From positions 55,738,001 through 55,802,000 of the forward strand of contig OZ365110.1 of NCBI GenBank assembly GCA_977030845.1: a stretch of 64,000 nucleotides of DNA. The letters run 5' to 3'. A program made the translations under genes and the position numbers. Below the pieces are notes generated by a model. That model had not been told where the DNA came from and did not search any database. It saw only the letters and a program-made list of their open reading frames with translations. Below, piece after piece: positions 1-11,721 of the stretch (the first letter of the stretch is position 1; every line of letters begins with the position of its first letter). This stretch comes from Fimbriosthenelais zetlandica. Its lineage: Eukaryota.

Positions 1-332
1 GGAAAGATTGGGCTGCGGTCCCCAAGTAGGCCTACCCGATCCCCGAGTGTCCCGCCCCACCCCCAGTGCCAATGGCACTGGCACTGCCAATAGTAAAGTA
101 GCCTAATGCCAGTGCCAATGACAAAAGCATTATAGGTCCCACTACTAACTAGGCCTCTCACATTCCTATAACCACTCACATATCAAATACACATATAATT
201 CAGACAAACCCAACACCACATCAACATTAAGTGAGGCATGTCATTGGATTTATAAAGTAATCTAACGCGTGACAGCGCGTTGTCTGGAAAATAGTAAACA
301 ACGATGAGGAGTGAGCGATAATGGGTGCATAC

Positions 333-533
333 CTTCTCCGTGTCCAATCTCTGGTCCCAGGGTTTGAAGACATCCTTACCGGAGCCGTCAGAAACCTCGT
401 TCAGACACTGGACTTGATCGTGATCAATCTTGAGGTAGAGGTTGAATTCGTTACCTCTCTCAGCGCCTTCTAGATCATCGTGACTGTGAGAATGTCCTCC
501 TCCACAGCCGTGACTGTGTCCATGACCCGCCAT
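333..533 (-). CDS. PITHD1: PITH domain-containing protein 1, first coding exon (gene continues off the left edge)
   Basis: ATG at 533 (aagATGG), 67 codons MAGHGHSHGCGGG...LYLKIDHDQVQCLNEVSDGSGKDVFKPWDQRLDTEK, then donor AG|gtatgc. Matches the PITHD1 N-terminus (His-rich start, LYxxID...CLNE...G..VFKPW). Confidence 0.93.
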
Positions 534-580
534 CTTCATCCACGTGCTGCTAACACACTTCCGCTTCCGGGTCAAGTGGC
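527..580 (-). promoter_or_regulatory. PITHD1 proximal promoter / 5' leader motifs
   Basis: YY1-type AAGATGGCGG overlapping the ATG, E-box CACGTG at 541-546, tandem ETS-like cores (acttccgcttccgg) at about 557-570; typical housekeeping layout. Confidence 0.55.
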
Positions 581-1444
581 TTCATATTTTACCGCGCGCT
601 AAGAATATGGGGTCGTAGGCCTACAGGGGCCTACATGTAGGCTGTAGGCATGTCGAAATTACCATACAAGTTTTCGATTTAAAAGAATGGTCATTTGAAT
701 GGGAAATTGGGAAGTTAAACTCATTTTGCAGCCATGTAGGCCTATCTTGATGCGAAGTTAGGCCTAGGCTACATTAAGCCTATTAATATTATAGGGATGC
801 CCAGCAAAACAACAAAATTGAGAATAAATTGACACTATCTGATCTGGCATACCTTTTAACTATAGCCTTCATAGATCTATATGCGAAAAATAGGCCTACA
901 CTAGACCTCACCAAATTAAACCATAAATTTCAAAACGCTTCCTAGAAACGCTTCGCGCTTTCACCGATCACATATTCGTGCAAAATGTGCGCGTCCGTTA
1001 AATCCATTGAAGTTCTGAAGATTTAACACATAGGCCTACTATGCAAAGATATACAACACTATTAATCAACAAGGGCCTGCCACAGATCAGAGACGAGAAA
1101 AGTTGCGAGGAGGTCGTGGCCTTAGACTGAATTCTTAACTAAATTATACAGAAGTCCTGTAAAAAAAAAACATCTTAATTCTACAAGTTGAAATACAATA
1201 CAATAGAACAAAAGGCAGGCCCTAAAAGTAATCTTATGGATACAAATAGAGAGGTAGCATGCATTAGATGCCCCTCTCCACTTACTCACGTCCCCTCCGC
1301 TCTTCATCCAGCGATGAGCCATCCACACCATGAGTCATTCATGAGCTAATGAGGAGCAGTAACTATAGTTTATTCATGACCAAGTCATGAGTATTAGTCC
1401 ATTCACGTAATGTGAGAACTTAGGAGGGTGAGAGGAGTCGCTGG

Positions 1445-1537
1445 AGGTGTACGTCAAGGCAACGACCAAGCTCAGGTGTGAAGGTAGATGCAGGTGTGAA
1501 CAGGTGTGAACAGTTCTGAAGGTGGGACCAGGTGTAG
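1445..1537 (+). promoter_or_regulatory. Cluster of T-box-like / CAGGTG motifs
   Basis: AGGTGTGAA at 1474, 1492 and 1502, plus AGGTGT at 1445 and 1530. Motif match only. Confidence 0.3.
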
Positions 1538-1942
1538 TGTAGTTTTTCTCTGGTAAGGCGATATAACGTCCACACAACACACTAACACCCTGAGGAGGGA
1601 CGCAATGAAAATACCATGGACAGCTCGGGGATTGAACCGCCGACCCTCTGATCAGGTTACGTCGAGTTCACTCCATCTGAAAAAAATACCAAGAAATAAT
1701 GAAATAATAATCTTTGTGAATTTATTGCGTAATATTTTTGGGTGATTAATTAAAATTTATAAATACTGAATACGCCTACTTAGGCCTAAATAGAGTAAAT
1801 AAAATATTTCTAAATTTAAAATCACTGAATTGGTCTTCAGTGACTGTTGGCTTACATGGTCTGAGGAATTCTAAGTGACGGCCAAAACACAAGAGCTGAA
1901 TCAAGTTCTTGGTAGGCCTAAGATGAAAATGTAATCCCCATT

Positions 1943-2016
1943 GCCAAGACAGGGAATCGAACCCTGGTCTCTCACATGCTAGGCAAGCGTTCCAACCACT
2001 GGGACCATACATTGTC
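1943..2016 (-). pseudogene. Degenerate tRNA-Ala(AGC)-like sequence, pseudogene or SINE head
   Basis: Minus strand has a perfect T-arm CAGGG-TTCGATT-CCCTG, anticodon arm CTTGC-CTAGCAT-GTGAG and an A-box-like segment; the acceptor stem has mismatches, so it is probably not a functional tRNA. Confidence 0.7.
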
Positions 2017-5000
2017 ACCGCTTGGAACATCCAGGTGACTGGTCACATTTCCAAAAACATCAGCTACCTGCTGCCACAATGAAGTACGTGTTTATGTTGT
2101 GACAGAAGCTCCTCTCTACATAACAAACAACCTGTGTCAAGTTGTAAACACGACTGTCAACTCGTGGATGATGTAGCTTATATTTTGATTCTGGTACAAC
2201 ACTCGTTAAGTTGCACCTTGCTTACTACGTGCCCTATGAATACAGACTGTCCGAGGCAATTTTCAGAGCATAACATTTATATTTAGATGGGTTTTTTGCA
2301 CATTTTCATGTCAGGGGTGAATCGATCGCGTGCTGAGCTCCGCCATTTTGGTTCTGCACGTTTCTCTAACTTGTTTTAGTACGTATTTTACCATGTCATC
2401 CGCTTCCGAGTTTACCACAGACATCTAAACAATGTTAACTAACATCAGGATGTTACAATACAACAGTACTGACCTTTTATGATGGATATTTTGATGTTTT
2501 TTTAGTGACAGCGGTCGGGCGTGCGTGAGTCAGGTTTAGTGCCTCCGCTGCTCACGATCACGTGGTGGCAGCACCGGGCGAGTACACTTCCTGCGAGGGG
2601 ACCGGGGTGGAGGGGGGTGGCAGACAGGGGCAGTGCTGTGTGGGCTGCAGCAAATATCCCATCAGCGATTTTTAAAAAAGGTGGTTTTTTTGTCATAGAA
2701 GGGAACATCAGTATTCGTCCTCTAAAATGTCCAAATGTTTCTCAGGATAATTATTTTGATTAATCGGTGTTCCAGCTCTTTGCGACAATATTTTGTTACA
2801 GATTTTGTTTTTTTGACGTTCTTTTATATCAATACTATTGATTTGGTGCATGTTGAATGAATTCCATGGTATAAAATATATTTTGTGAGTATTTATATAT
2901 TTTACGACATCAATTAATATGCTATTAATTCGACGAGGAAATATACAATAGAGGAAGGAAATGGTTAATTTTACAGTCGTGGACATAGGCCTAAGCCTAG
3001 GCCTATTATAGGCAATTGGAGGCCGACAGGTATGGTCATACGGAATGTCAATGAATACCACTTCACAGTATTATATAGGAGTAATTCTCCCCGTTATCTG
3101 TGATGTTGACCGCGCGTCCACCACATAACCCCTAATCCACCGCCCGTAAAGCCCCCCGACACAATACACTTCACACAACCTCACTCCGACCCCGAGTGCT
3201 ATTTCTCGGCTTTCCATTCATTCTTCCAGGCAATTACACCCCCTTTAATTCCTCCACTTTGTGGTTATGCAAATTAGATTTAACACAGATGATTTGAGGC
3301 ACGTGATTATGATGTTACTTTTAATGTAGCTCACATGAAAGTGATGTTATGTCATTATTGTCTTACACACCTCTCTCAAGGATTGGACAGACCAATGGTG
3401 GGTTATGTAAGTGGCTTCTGTCTGTTTGTCGGCCACATGTTTGATTTCCTCTGGTCACATTCCGCCTATTTGGTCGATGCTGTTTCAGTAACAAGACCCT
3501 CCATACGCTGTTTTCCAAAGATTTTAATGAATAAATAAATTACTATGAATTTCCCTTCGTGAATTTAGAGGAAACATCATGCAGATATAATCGCTCATAC
3601 ATAATGAGTATTTTAGAAGTTGAGGAATGAGTTCGTGAATAATTATTTTTATCGTCAAGCCAGTATTTTTCTTAGTTATGGTAGGAAGAGGATACATATA
3701 CTTGAGCATGCAAAAGGAAGTTTTTAGTTAGGCGTACACCTAGGCTACCCCTACCTGCATAGATTATTAAAAAGCGCAGAATATATAATGAACATTCAAT
3801 TGGATTTGGACTAAATTTCGACAACAAAAACAATTAATTCCAAGTAAAATTTCTCTCAAGAATTTGAATAGAAAATGAATGGATATTTTAACATGATCTT
3901 GTAGGAATAAGGTTCCATGTCCTATGACAATTATTCCTTAGTGAAATTTCAGAAGGTAAAATCACGTTAACTGATTTCCAGGAGCAATAATGACGTTTTG
4001 ATAAGGGGGGAGGATTATTGTGGAGGACGCTGGCATGCAGGCCATCCTCATCAATAATCACTCCTCTCTATGCTAATACATGTATCAGGGAGAGGACTAG
4101 ACCTCATGAATAAACATGACCATGATTGGGTAATTATGCACGGAGTTCTACCCCCATCATTAGACCTACCATTGATTTTACTGAGAAATCTGTTATATGT
4201 ATCACTAACAACTTAATGACGGTCAAATCGTCCTGAAAATCAGTAAGTAAATCTACACAGAGTAATGTGAAGGCATGGGAACTAATATTAGGAAATTTAA
4301 TTGAATATTTTTCTTCTTATAATATTTTGCTGCAGAAATTAGCATTTCTTTGTTAGCATTTCCTACTTATCAATACAATAGTTGAATTACCAAATAGGAC
4401 CAACCAAAGACATAAGAGTGATTTGCATGAGTCAGGTATGAGAAAGTGACACACCCTCATACCTCCACAGTGTCAAACTGTATAGTTATAATGCTTTATG
4501 TTTGCTGTCAAGTATAAAGTGTTAGAACTTTACATTGCCAGTCCATAACATAGCATCACTGCCCACTCCCCACATTGACAGCAGGTTAGTGACACGCTTC
4601 AGGAAGCAGGTGAGATCGCCACACGTGGACAAATCATTTTATTTTCACCCCAATTATAACTTCGTGGCATCTATATAGATCTTAAATACCATCTCTAAAC
4701 AATATATCATTCAAGTATATCAGATAATAATGAAGAATTGATTGGTTTGAAAATAAAATCAATGAAAATGAGGTATTTCAAGGTACGCGAAAATAAAATG
4801 ATTGTTAAAATATAATGGTTTTGTGGTAATGCCCTGCCAGCAGCACCAGTAGCAGCACCTTCTCCGGGAAACAGATGCGGGATGTGGTGGTGGTGGGAGC
4901 TGGCCGTGGAACGAGCCAGCTGACACCCATATATAGGGCTACACAATAGTGCCAGGAAAAGTCCACACATGTCGTATACAACCCACCGTCAGCCATGTCA

Positions 5001-5589
5001 TGCTGCCAGCATCAATGGCTATTTTCCTGGCACTGTCGCTTGACCCCTATAGGAACCCAGCCTTTTGCTTTGACATCCCTTAAGCTGATGCATTCTTGTA
5101 AACTCATTTTTAAGGGAAACACAAACGCAAAACAGAAAGCACCCCAGTCAGGGAAATGCATGTGATGCGATTGTCCTCTATAGGACCTTGGAGTCAAATG
5201 TTTTTCTTAAAAAATAATATTTCATTAACTTCTAACCGTCCGCATCTGTTCAGATAGATTTGCAATAGTGACTTTGCATTTTAATTCTAAATGTTCATTC
5301 TAAATTAAATATGGAAGAATATAAAATGTTCATTCGTGGGTATTTTATTTCGTGGGTATTTCTGGAATTAGAAAGGAGGAAGTGGATCAAGAGAAAAGGC
5401 AGAGTGACAGCATTTGACAGGAAATTGTCCCCTATAGACTTTAGCTGACACTGGCGGAAATGTCAGAAACAGAGAGGAGAATTGGTTGTAACAAGCTATT
5501 ACAAACACAGATGAAGCTAGGTCGTCATTGGAGGAATGGTGGACAGGTGTGCCAGGTGAGGCATTACTTGATTATGTCATTAGGTGGCA

Positions 5590-6000
5590 TAGTCTCTACT
5601 CACCCACCCCGCTCACCCCCCCCCCCCCCCCGCCCCCCCCCCTACCTCACTGTATGGTGCATATACACACTCCACAATCACCCCTAGCTTGCCTTCACCA
5701 TCCTACCCCCCCCCCCTCCCCTCCAGTCCTGCCTTTTCATTCCCCCTCCCACCTCACCAACACCCATCCCTCCAGCCCCTTTCCCCTCCTTCCCCCTTCC
5801 TTCCCCCTCCTACTTCCCCAGCTCCCGTTCCCACCCGCTCTCTTCAGCACCGCCCCCACTACTTTCTTTATCTTTCGATCCCCTACTCCTCCCAGCCCCC
5901 TGCCCCTCTCCCACTCCCCCTACCCTCTCCCCCCACTCCCCCTCCCCCTACCCCCTCTCCCACTCCCCCTACCCCCTCCCCCTCCCCTTACCACTTCCCT
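5590..6000. repeat. C-rich low-complexity tract
   Basis: Long C runs and (cct/ccc) repeats; source of the spurious Pro-rich ORFs. Confidence 0.9.
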
Positions 6001-6374
6001 GATCCTTGTTAAGACCAGCAGGTATAGATAGACGCGTGGCAAGGTGATTGGGACGCATTCCTGGCTAATCCCCCCTCCACCATGCCATACCTCCATGATG
6101 AGGTAGTACAGGTAAGCCTATATAGGCCCCCTATACCCCCCAACACCTCCACACCTGACACGAGTCTACCCCATGGAGTGTCACACAATGACCCATGTTT
6201 AGCCACGATCCTACCATGATTCAAAACAAAAGATCTTAACAAAAGCCCCCCATGTCCCAGAATGGCTGAGTCAGCACAATGTGTAGAATTAATGCATAAT
6301 TAATGCATAACAGGACAAGCATGTTTTTTTTTAATTTGTATCTTTTTAAATATTTTTTCTCGTCCATGTATACA

Positions 6375-6570
6375 CCTCTCCCCTCTTTCTCCTTCGCTCC
6401 CTCTCTCTGATCTCTGTCTCTCTCTCTGTCTCTCTCTCTTTCTCTATCTCTCTCTCTCTTTCTTTCTTTCTCTGTCTCTCTGTCTGTATCTCTTTCTTTC
6501 TCTCTATTGCTTTCTCTCCCCCTCTCTCTCCCTTTCTCTCTCTCCTTTTCTTTCTCTGTCTTCCTATTCA
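6375..6570. repeat. (CT)n-rich microsatellite
   Basis: Degenerate tctc/tctg repeats. Confidence 0.9.
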
Positions 6571-7189
6571 CTCAACTTTCTTCATCACTTTCTTCCGCTG
6601 CTGCAAATTTCCCGATGATTCAACTATTTCTCAGCTACAATGACGAATGAATACATCATGTTCCCAAGTGGGAGGAGGGGGCGTATCATATATAAGTATT
6701 ATGAAAGCTAACATGAAATTAATGAGCCAATTAAAAGGCCTTGTCAAAGGGGGATTCCCGAGATAAAAGTACTGTTTTATAACACAGATACAATGGGTTA
6801 TAAGGTCATTAGTGCATCTTCCATTGATCTAAAGCGGACCAAAGAACTGGATACTATATCTAACAGAGTGTCCATTTAAAGATGGCGGCGTGACTGTGTG
6901 CACGTGGCTTTGTTGTGGAGTGCTGACAGGTGTGTTTGCCTACCTCCAAGAGTGGGGAAGTGGGAGGGGGGAGGGTGGGGGGGTGGGGGTGGCCCATTCA
7001 GGGATCGATACTATACCGGCTAAATCTAACATATGGTACCGGATTCCACCTCACCTATTGACCCTAAAGTAATATATCTGTGTCCAAGATAACTAGAAGT
7101 TTTCTGAATGTTTGTACATCTGGGAATCAATAAAAGTGTTGGGGCTGATTAAGTTGGGATTGGTGAATGTTAGTTTTAGATCAGCAATT

Positions 7190-7250
7190 GTTCAGCTATC
7201 ACAGGAGAAGAGGGAAACAAGCTGTCGGTACACAAGGGCCTGCCCGGAGA
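7190..7250 (-). mobile_element. Nin-type SINE 3' fragment
   Basis: Similar by eye to 7604-7700, 28630-28740 and 48467-48530 (cagcaat...cagctat..cagga.aag..gaaac..gctgtcgg). Confidence 0.6.
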
Positions 7251-7603
7251 TAAGGGCATGTCCCAAGGCCGATCTATGAAAATAATATTAAGGAAGAAAT
7301 AAAGATATCTTGATCCTTTTTTCCATAGACCGAGATGGGATTTCTAAAAAAAAAAGATGGATCTTGTGTCAAATACCCCAATCCATTTTAATCTATTGAC
7401 CAAAAATGCCTACTCATGCTAATATCTCATTTTATCTCATTTAATTCATCTTAATATTTGGTAATATGGAGTCATTGAAGTCATCCATTATCTTCATGTA
7501 TGATGCTGTAATTCCCCCAGCTCCCATCAATAGAAATCAATCAAACATTCCGCTAATCAATCAAGTGCTTAGTTAGGGGAAAACCATCTAAGATGATCAA
7601 TAT

Positions 7604-7700
7604 TTGTTTGACGTCAAGTCAGCAATAGTTCAGCTATCTCAGGACGAGAAGGAAACATGCTGTCGGCATACAATGGCCTGCACTTCTTAATTGAAAGAAC
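7604..7700 (-). mobile_element. Nin-type SINE 3' fragment
   Basis: Reverse complement reads gccgacagcatgtttccttctcgtcctg...tgacgtcaaacaa, matching the GCCGACAGCGGGTTTCC core of the copy at 28.6 kb. Confidence 0.7.
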
Positions 7701-10700
7701 CATCAATTGTTGTATATTCCCAATGAGGAAGTAAGCCTTCTGCAGGAAGCCGACAATGACACAATATGTCGATATGGAGGAGGAAAAAATGGCGACCAGG
7801 AGCTGAGACAATGCACGCCCACGCCCGACTTACAATTAACCTAATAGAGAGTAAAATGAGAACCAGTTAACCTGGATATTCTCCATTAACAGTGTATTTG
7901 CTGAGTCGGCTCTTCTTCCAGCTAACCCAAGCACATTCCTTCTTGATATTTTTTTGAGAATTTGAAATTTTGTCATTTAGTTTTTGAAGTTCGGAGCGCG
8001 CATGCATACATTAATATTCTTTCTAATATATTGATGCTTTGTGGTCCGTATTATCTCTGGAGATTGGGGACTTCAATCTGATCTGTCCCTTTTTCCTCCA
8101 GGGAACTGGATCGATATCAAGATCTTTATGCATTCAATAAAAATGACATAGCATGGGCAGAAAATAAAATAAAATTCATTTATGAAATGTGGTTGTTAAG
8201 ATATCAAATGTAATTCTTATAATTTTTTTTAAAAATAATTATCTTGCAATAAATTATTGACGAATAATATAGCAGTAAATAGAATTGCAACAATTTTGTC
8301 ACATGTATTGAACCAAATATCAATACATGTATACATGTATGTCAGAGATTAGAAGTGATACACATGTATATGTAGTCTCGGAATGTAAGGACAAAATATA
8401 GACAACTGTTGCTGTTTGTCGTCCATGCGGGTCTATCATAATTTGTGTACCGAGGTTCATAAATTTAACGCTATTTCCAGGTAGAAAGAGGGGGGGAGGG
8501 GGTATGAAAACCACACCCACGCGACCAAAAACATGTGTATTCACATAATTTTAACATAATATCGGTAGCATATAAATTTCTGCTCGCCGCGGTTCCAATC
8601 ATAGGCGCAATACCTAGCTCTGTCTAAATTTGAAATTCAATGAAATCTAATTTCAAATGATGCAGAATTAGGCCAACTCTCCGAGAAGGATAAATATAGT
8701 AGATTTGGAGTCAAGTGGAGGTCAGGCTGAGCCTGGTCTAGGGTTGAGAGTTGTACAGGCCATATAGCCAGGAACAATGCATTACCCAGCCTGCTAAATA
8801 GACTAGCCATGTCCTCCGTCATTATATAATATTACTGTGAGACTTGAAGCAAGACTAATCAAGGACCAATGCATTGGCAATGAAATCCTACTTTCCTCCA
8901 GTGTTTCTTAGAATAGTTAAATATCTCGGAATTGTCTTAGAAATAAATATTTTGGCAATTTAAATAAATGAATAATATTCTGATAAGACTTGAGCAAGTT
9001 TATCAGGATGGAGACTGAGCTGGGATAGCACCTGTCCACAAAATGCAGAGGAGGACGCCGAGTCAGCTGGCGCTCCCCCCCCCCCCCCCACCCCACTCGT
9101 CAACCACCTATAGAGCTTCAACAGTGGTGGCAGAGGGGACGACACCCATTTGAATCACACGTGTGAAAAACATTGAAATATTTCAATAGGTGAGAAATCT
9201 AGAAGGGCGTGTGTGGGATTGAGCATGCCATACAATGAACACCCATCACTAAAGGTCGTGATGTGGTGTTGAAAAGATACATATAATGGAAACATTATCA
9301 CGAAATCATGAATAAAATGTTTCATTTGGGATGTGCCCCCTCTGAAGTATGCCCATGATGCTTGTTAATAACTGCATGTAGTGAGAACTCATATGTATAC
9401 ATGTATATATACCGGTATGCTTAACAGCATTTGGTAATTACCTTTAATGAGATGTTCATAATTAACACTTTTTCCATGAAGAATGGGCGTTTGGTCATTA
9501 AATGACTAGTAATTTATTTCCCAGCTTCCCCTAGATTCTGCGGGTCCAATGAATGGCATCTGGACTTTTAAATATCGGCAAAAAGTCTAAAATAATAATT
9601 ACGGATTCGTGCTGAGGTTGTCAAAGTAGGCAGCTTTGCTGATGTAAACTAAAAAATATTTCTAATTAATTTTTATGGATGACATGGCAGTTTTTGCTCT
9701 TCAAGCATATGCTCAGATAATCAGTGAATTTCCTATATCCAGGGGTAGGCCTTATATACGTCTGAGATTTTGGCCAAACTATTTACTTGGCAAAAATGTG
9801 CTTGAGTGAAAATGGGGTCGGGGGCGGGGGCGGGGGTAGCGTATACCTGGAAATACTTGCCATTTTGAAGCACAACTTCAAGAAAATTTGGTGGATTTTC
9901 GGCCATCATATTAAGCATGCGACCAAGTCAAATGTAAAAAATTCATATTATTTAAGGCATTGCAAAGATTTCGACTCAGCAGCTGAAAACTGTTCATTCT
10001 CATCAGATAGATGCAGTATTGTACCTGACAATGATTACAAAGATCATCTTTATTGTCTCTGGCCTGGATAACGTGAGTCCATCCACAGTGAACTTTACTG
10101 TATGATAAAAGCAGTGGCAACATGTCTCTAGCATTCACTCACATCCCTGACATTATCATTGCTCCAGTCTCCATGTGTTCAGGAAGTTCAGGGAGACATT
10201 TAAACATGTCTGTCATTTAAACGGCTCAAATTGGGGTCAGGATATCGAACCCTGAGCCTGAAAAGTTCATAATTCATGAACCAACCCTCCCCTTCCCCCT
10301 CCCCCCCCCCCTCCCCCTCCCACCCCCTCAGTCTCCGCAGTTTGACCCTACATCTTTCACCCCGGAGTCTGGGGCAGTTCGTCTCGCACCAGTGACTCTA
10401 CCAACAATGCCTACCTGACGGCTCTAGGTCTAACGATGAGTCGGGCACGCGACCAAACCACCCATGCATGACGCTACCTACACACTCTCCTAGGAAATGC
10501 CTAGAAACTTCCCGGAACATTCAAATACTCACCAAAATATCAAAATTTTCACCAGAAATAGTGTTTTTTCAATATAAAATGAATTTAAATGCATAGATAT
10601 ACACTAGGGAGTATGGGTATCATATATTGTAGCCATTGTTAAGGGTGCGGGCTCCAGGAAGACAAGGCCCGACCATCTGTCCTCAAGCCATTCACTAGAC

Positions 10701-11050
10701 ACCATTGACAAGCCCCCACAACGGTAAATAGGTGTGGCACGTGGGCTGGGGGGGGGGTGGGTATAGGCGATAGTAAGAGAGAGAGAGGGCAAACACAAAG
10801 CCGGGTGCTGTAATTGGTGGAGGGGAACCGGTGTGTATTGGGGGTGGGAGGTGGGAGGGTGGGGAGGGTTAGGATGGAGCTAGGCTAGAAGCTTTGTGTG
10901 GCTTTGTCCTAACCCCTGCACGCGCCCCCACCCCCCCCCCCCCCCCCCCCCGCCCCACCCCACCCACCCCATCCTAACAGCACACCCAGTCAAACGGTAG
11001 TCTCACATCACTGAGTCCTGGCACAACAAAGGTAAAATCAACCATGCATG

Positions 11051-11445
11051 GCGGGGTATATAAAGGTGCGGGAGAGCTTTAAACCGTCAGGTCAGACGAA
11101 CATAGTGGGCGGAGGTGGAGGATGCAGAGGAAAAAGAAAAACTATTTATTTCCCCTGTAGGATTGCTAGTCGTACTAGCACAGCTTCTCCAATCTCCAGC
11201 ACTTTGTTGGATTCTGACCTTTTTTCCGACCACCAGGATCAGACCAATATACAAGGCTTTGTGGAGCTATCATCGCCTGAAGGTAAAGCTTAATCGAGTT
11301 AGGATTTAATGCCAGCATCATCATCATCATTACAGTAGCCATAGAGTAGGCCTACTAAACAACGCTGGAGATCCCCATTGTCAGTACTAGAAGCAGGAGG
11401 TGTGTCTGGTAAATAGTGAACACACTGCTGTATTCCCCAGCAGAC

Positions 11446-11477
<32 letters not shown>

Positions 11478-11517
11478 TCAATCCTCAGACGACATTTTCC
11501 TGTCTTGCTTGCTTCAG
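11051..11517 (+). promoter_or_regulatory. Candidate TATA promoter, non-coding leader exon and 5'UTR intron of the SPSB3-like gene
   Basis: TATATAAAG at 11057-11065, TCAG about 30 nt downstream, donor AG|gtaaag at 11283, pyrimidine acceptor ...gcttcag| ending 11517. An alternative small intron 11091-11160 is also possible. Confidence 0.4.
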
Positions 11518-11681
11518 GCAATCTCAGCAGCAGACAGCCGCCGGCGATAGGAGACAGTAGGAGGAGGAGGAGGAGGTAGGATTTAGAGATATATTAAGAT
11601 CTGGAGAGGAGGAGGAGGAGACATCACCTCCTACCTGTACCATCTGCTGATCACCATCATCATCATCATCATCATCATCAA
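11446..11681. repeat. Trinucleotide microsatellites (CAG)n, (GGA)n, (CAT)n upstream of the SPSB3-like ATG
   Basis: About 10 CAG at 11446-11476, GGA runs near 11560 and 11606, about 8 CAT at 11657-11680. Confidence 0.9.
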
Positions 11682-11721
11682 TAGGCCTTCCATGATGATG
11701 CAGTGAACCTGTTTCCCATCC

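Noticed and set aside
62-120. aatggcactgg resembles the 5' end of miR-183/263; local inverted repeat ccagtgcca-a-tggcactgg
   Set aside because: Only 11 nt match, there is no ~60-nt precursor hairpin, and it is part of a short tgcca repeat.
183-575. 130-aa ORF taken as a complete protein
   Set aside because: PITHD1 similarity stops at the donor at 332/333; the rest is intron read-through and the first residues precede the real ATG.
1943-2016. Functional tRNA-Ala gene
   Set aside because: The acceptor stem and D-arm are broken and related fragments occur elsewhere; a pseudogene or SINE head is more likely.
5460-6571. Pro-rich and Glu/Arg-rich ORFs
   Set aside because: Translations of C-rich and (CT)n tracts.
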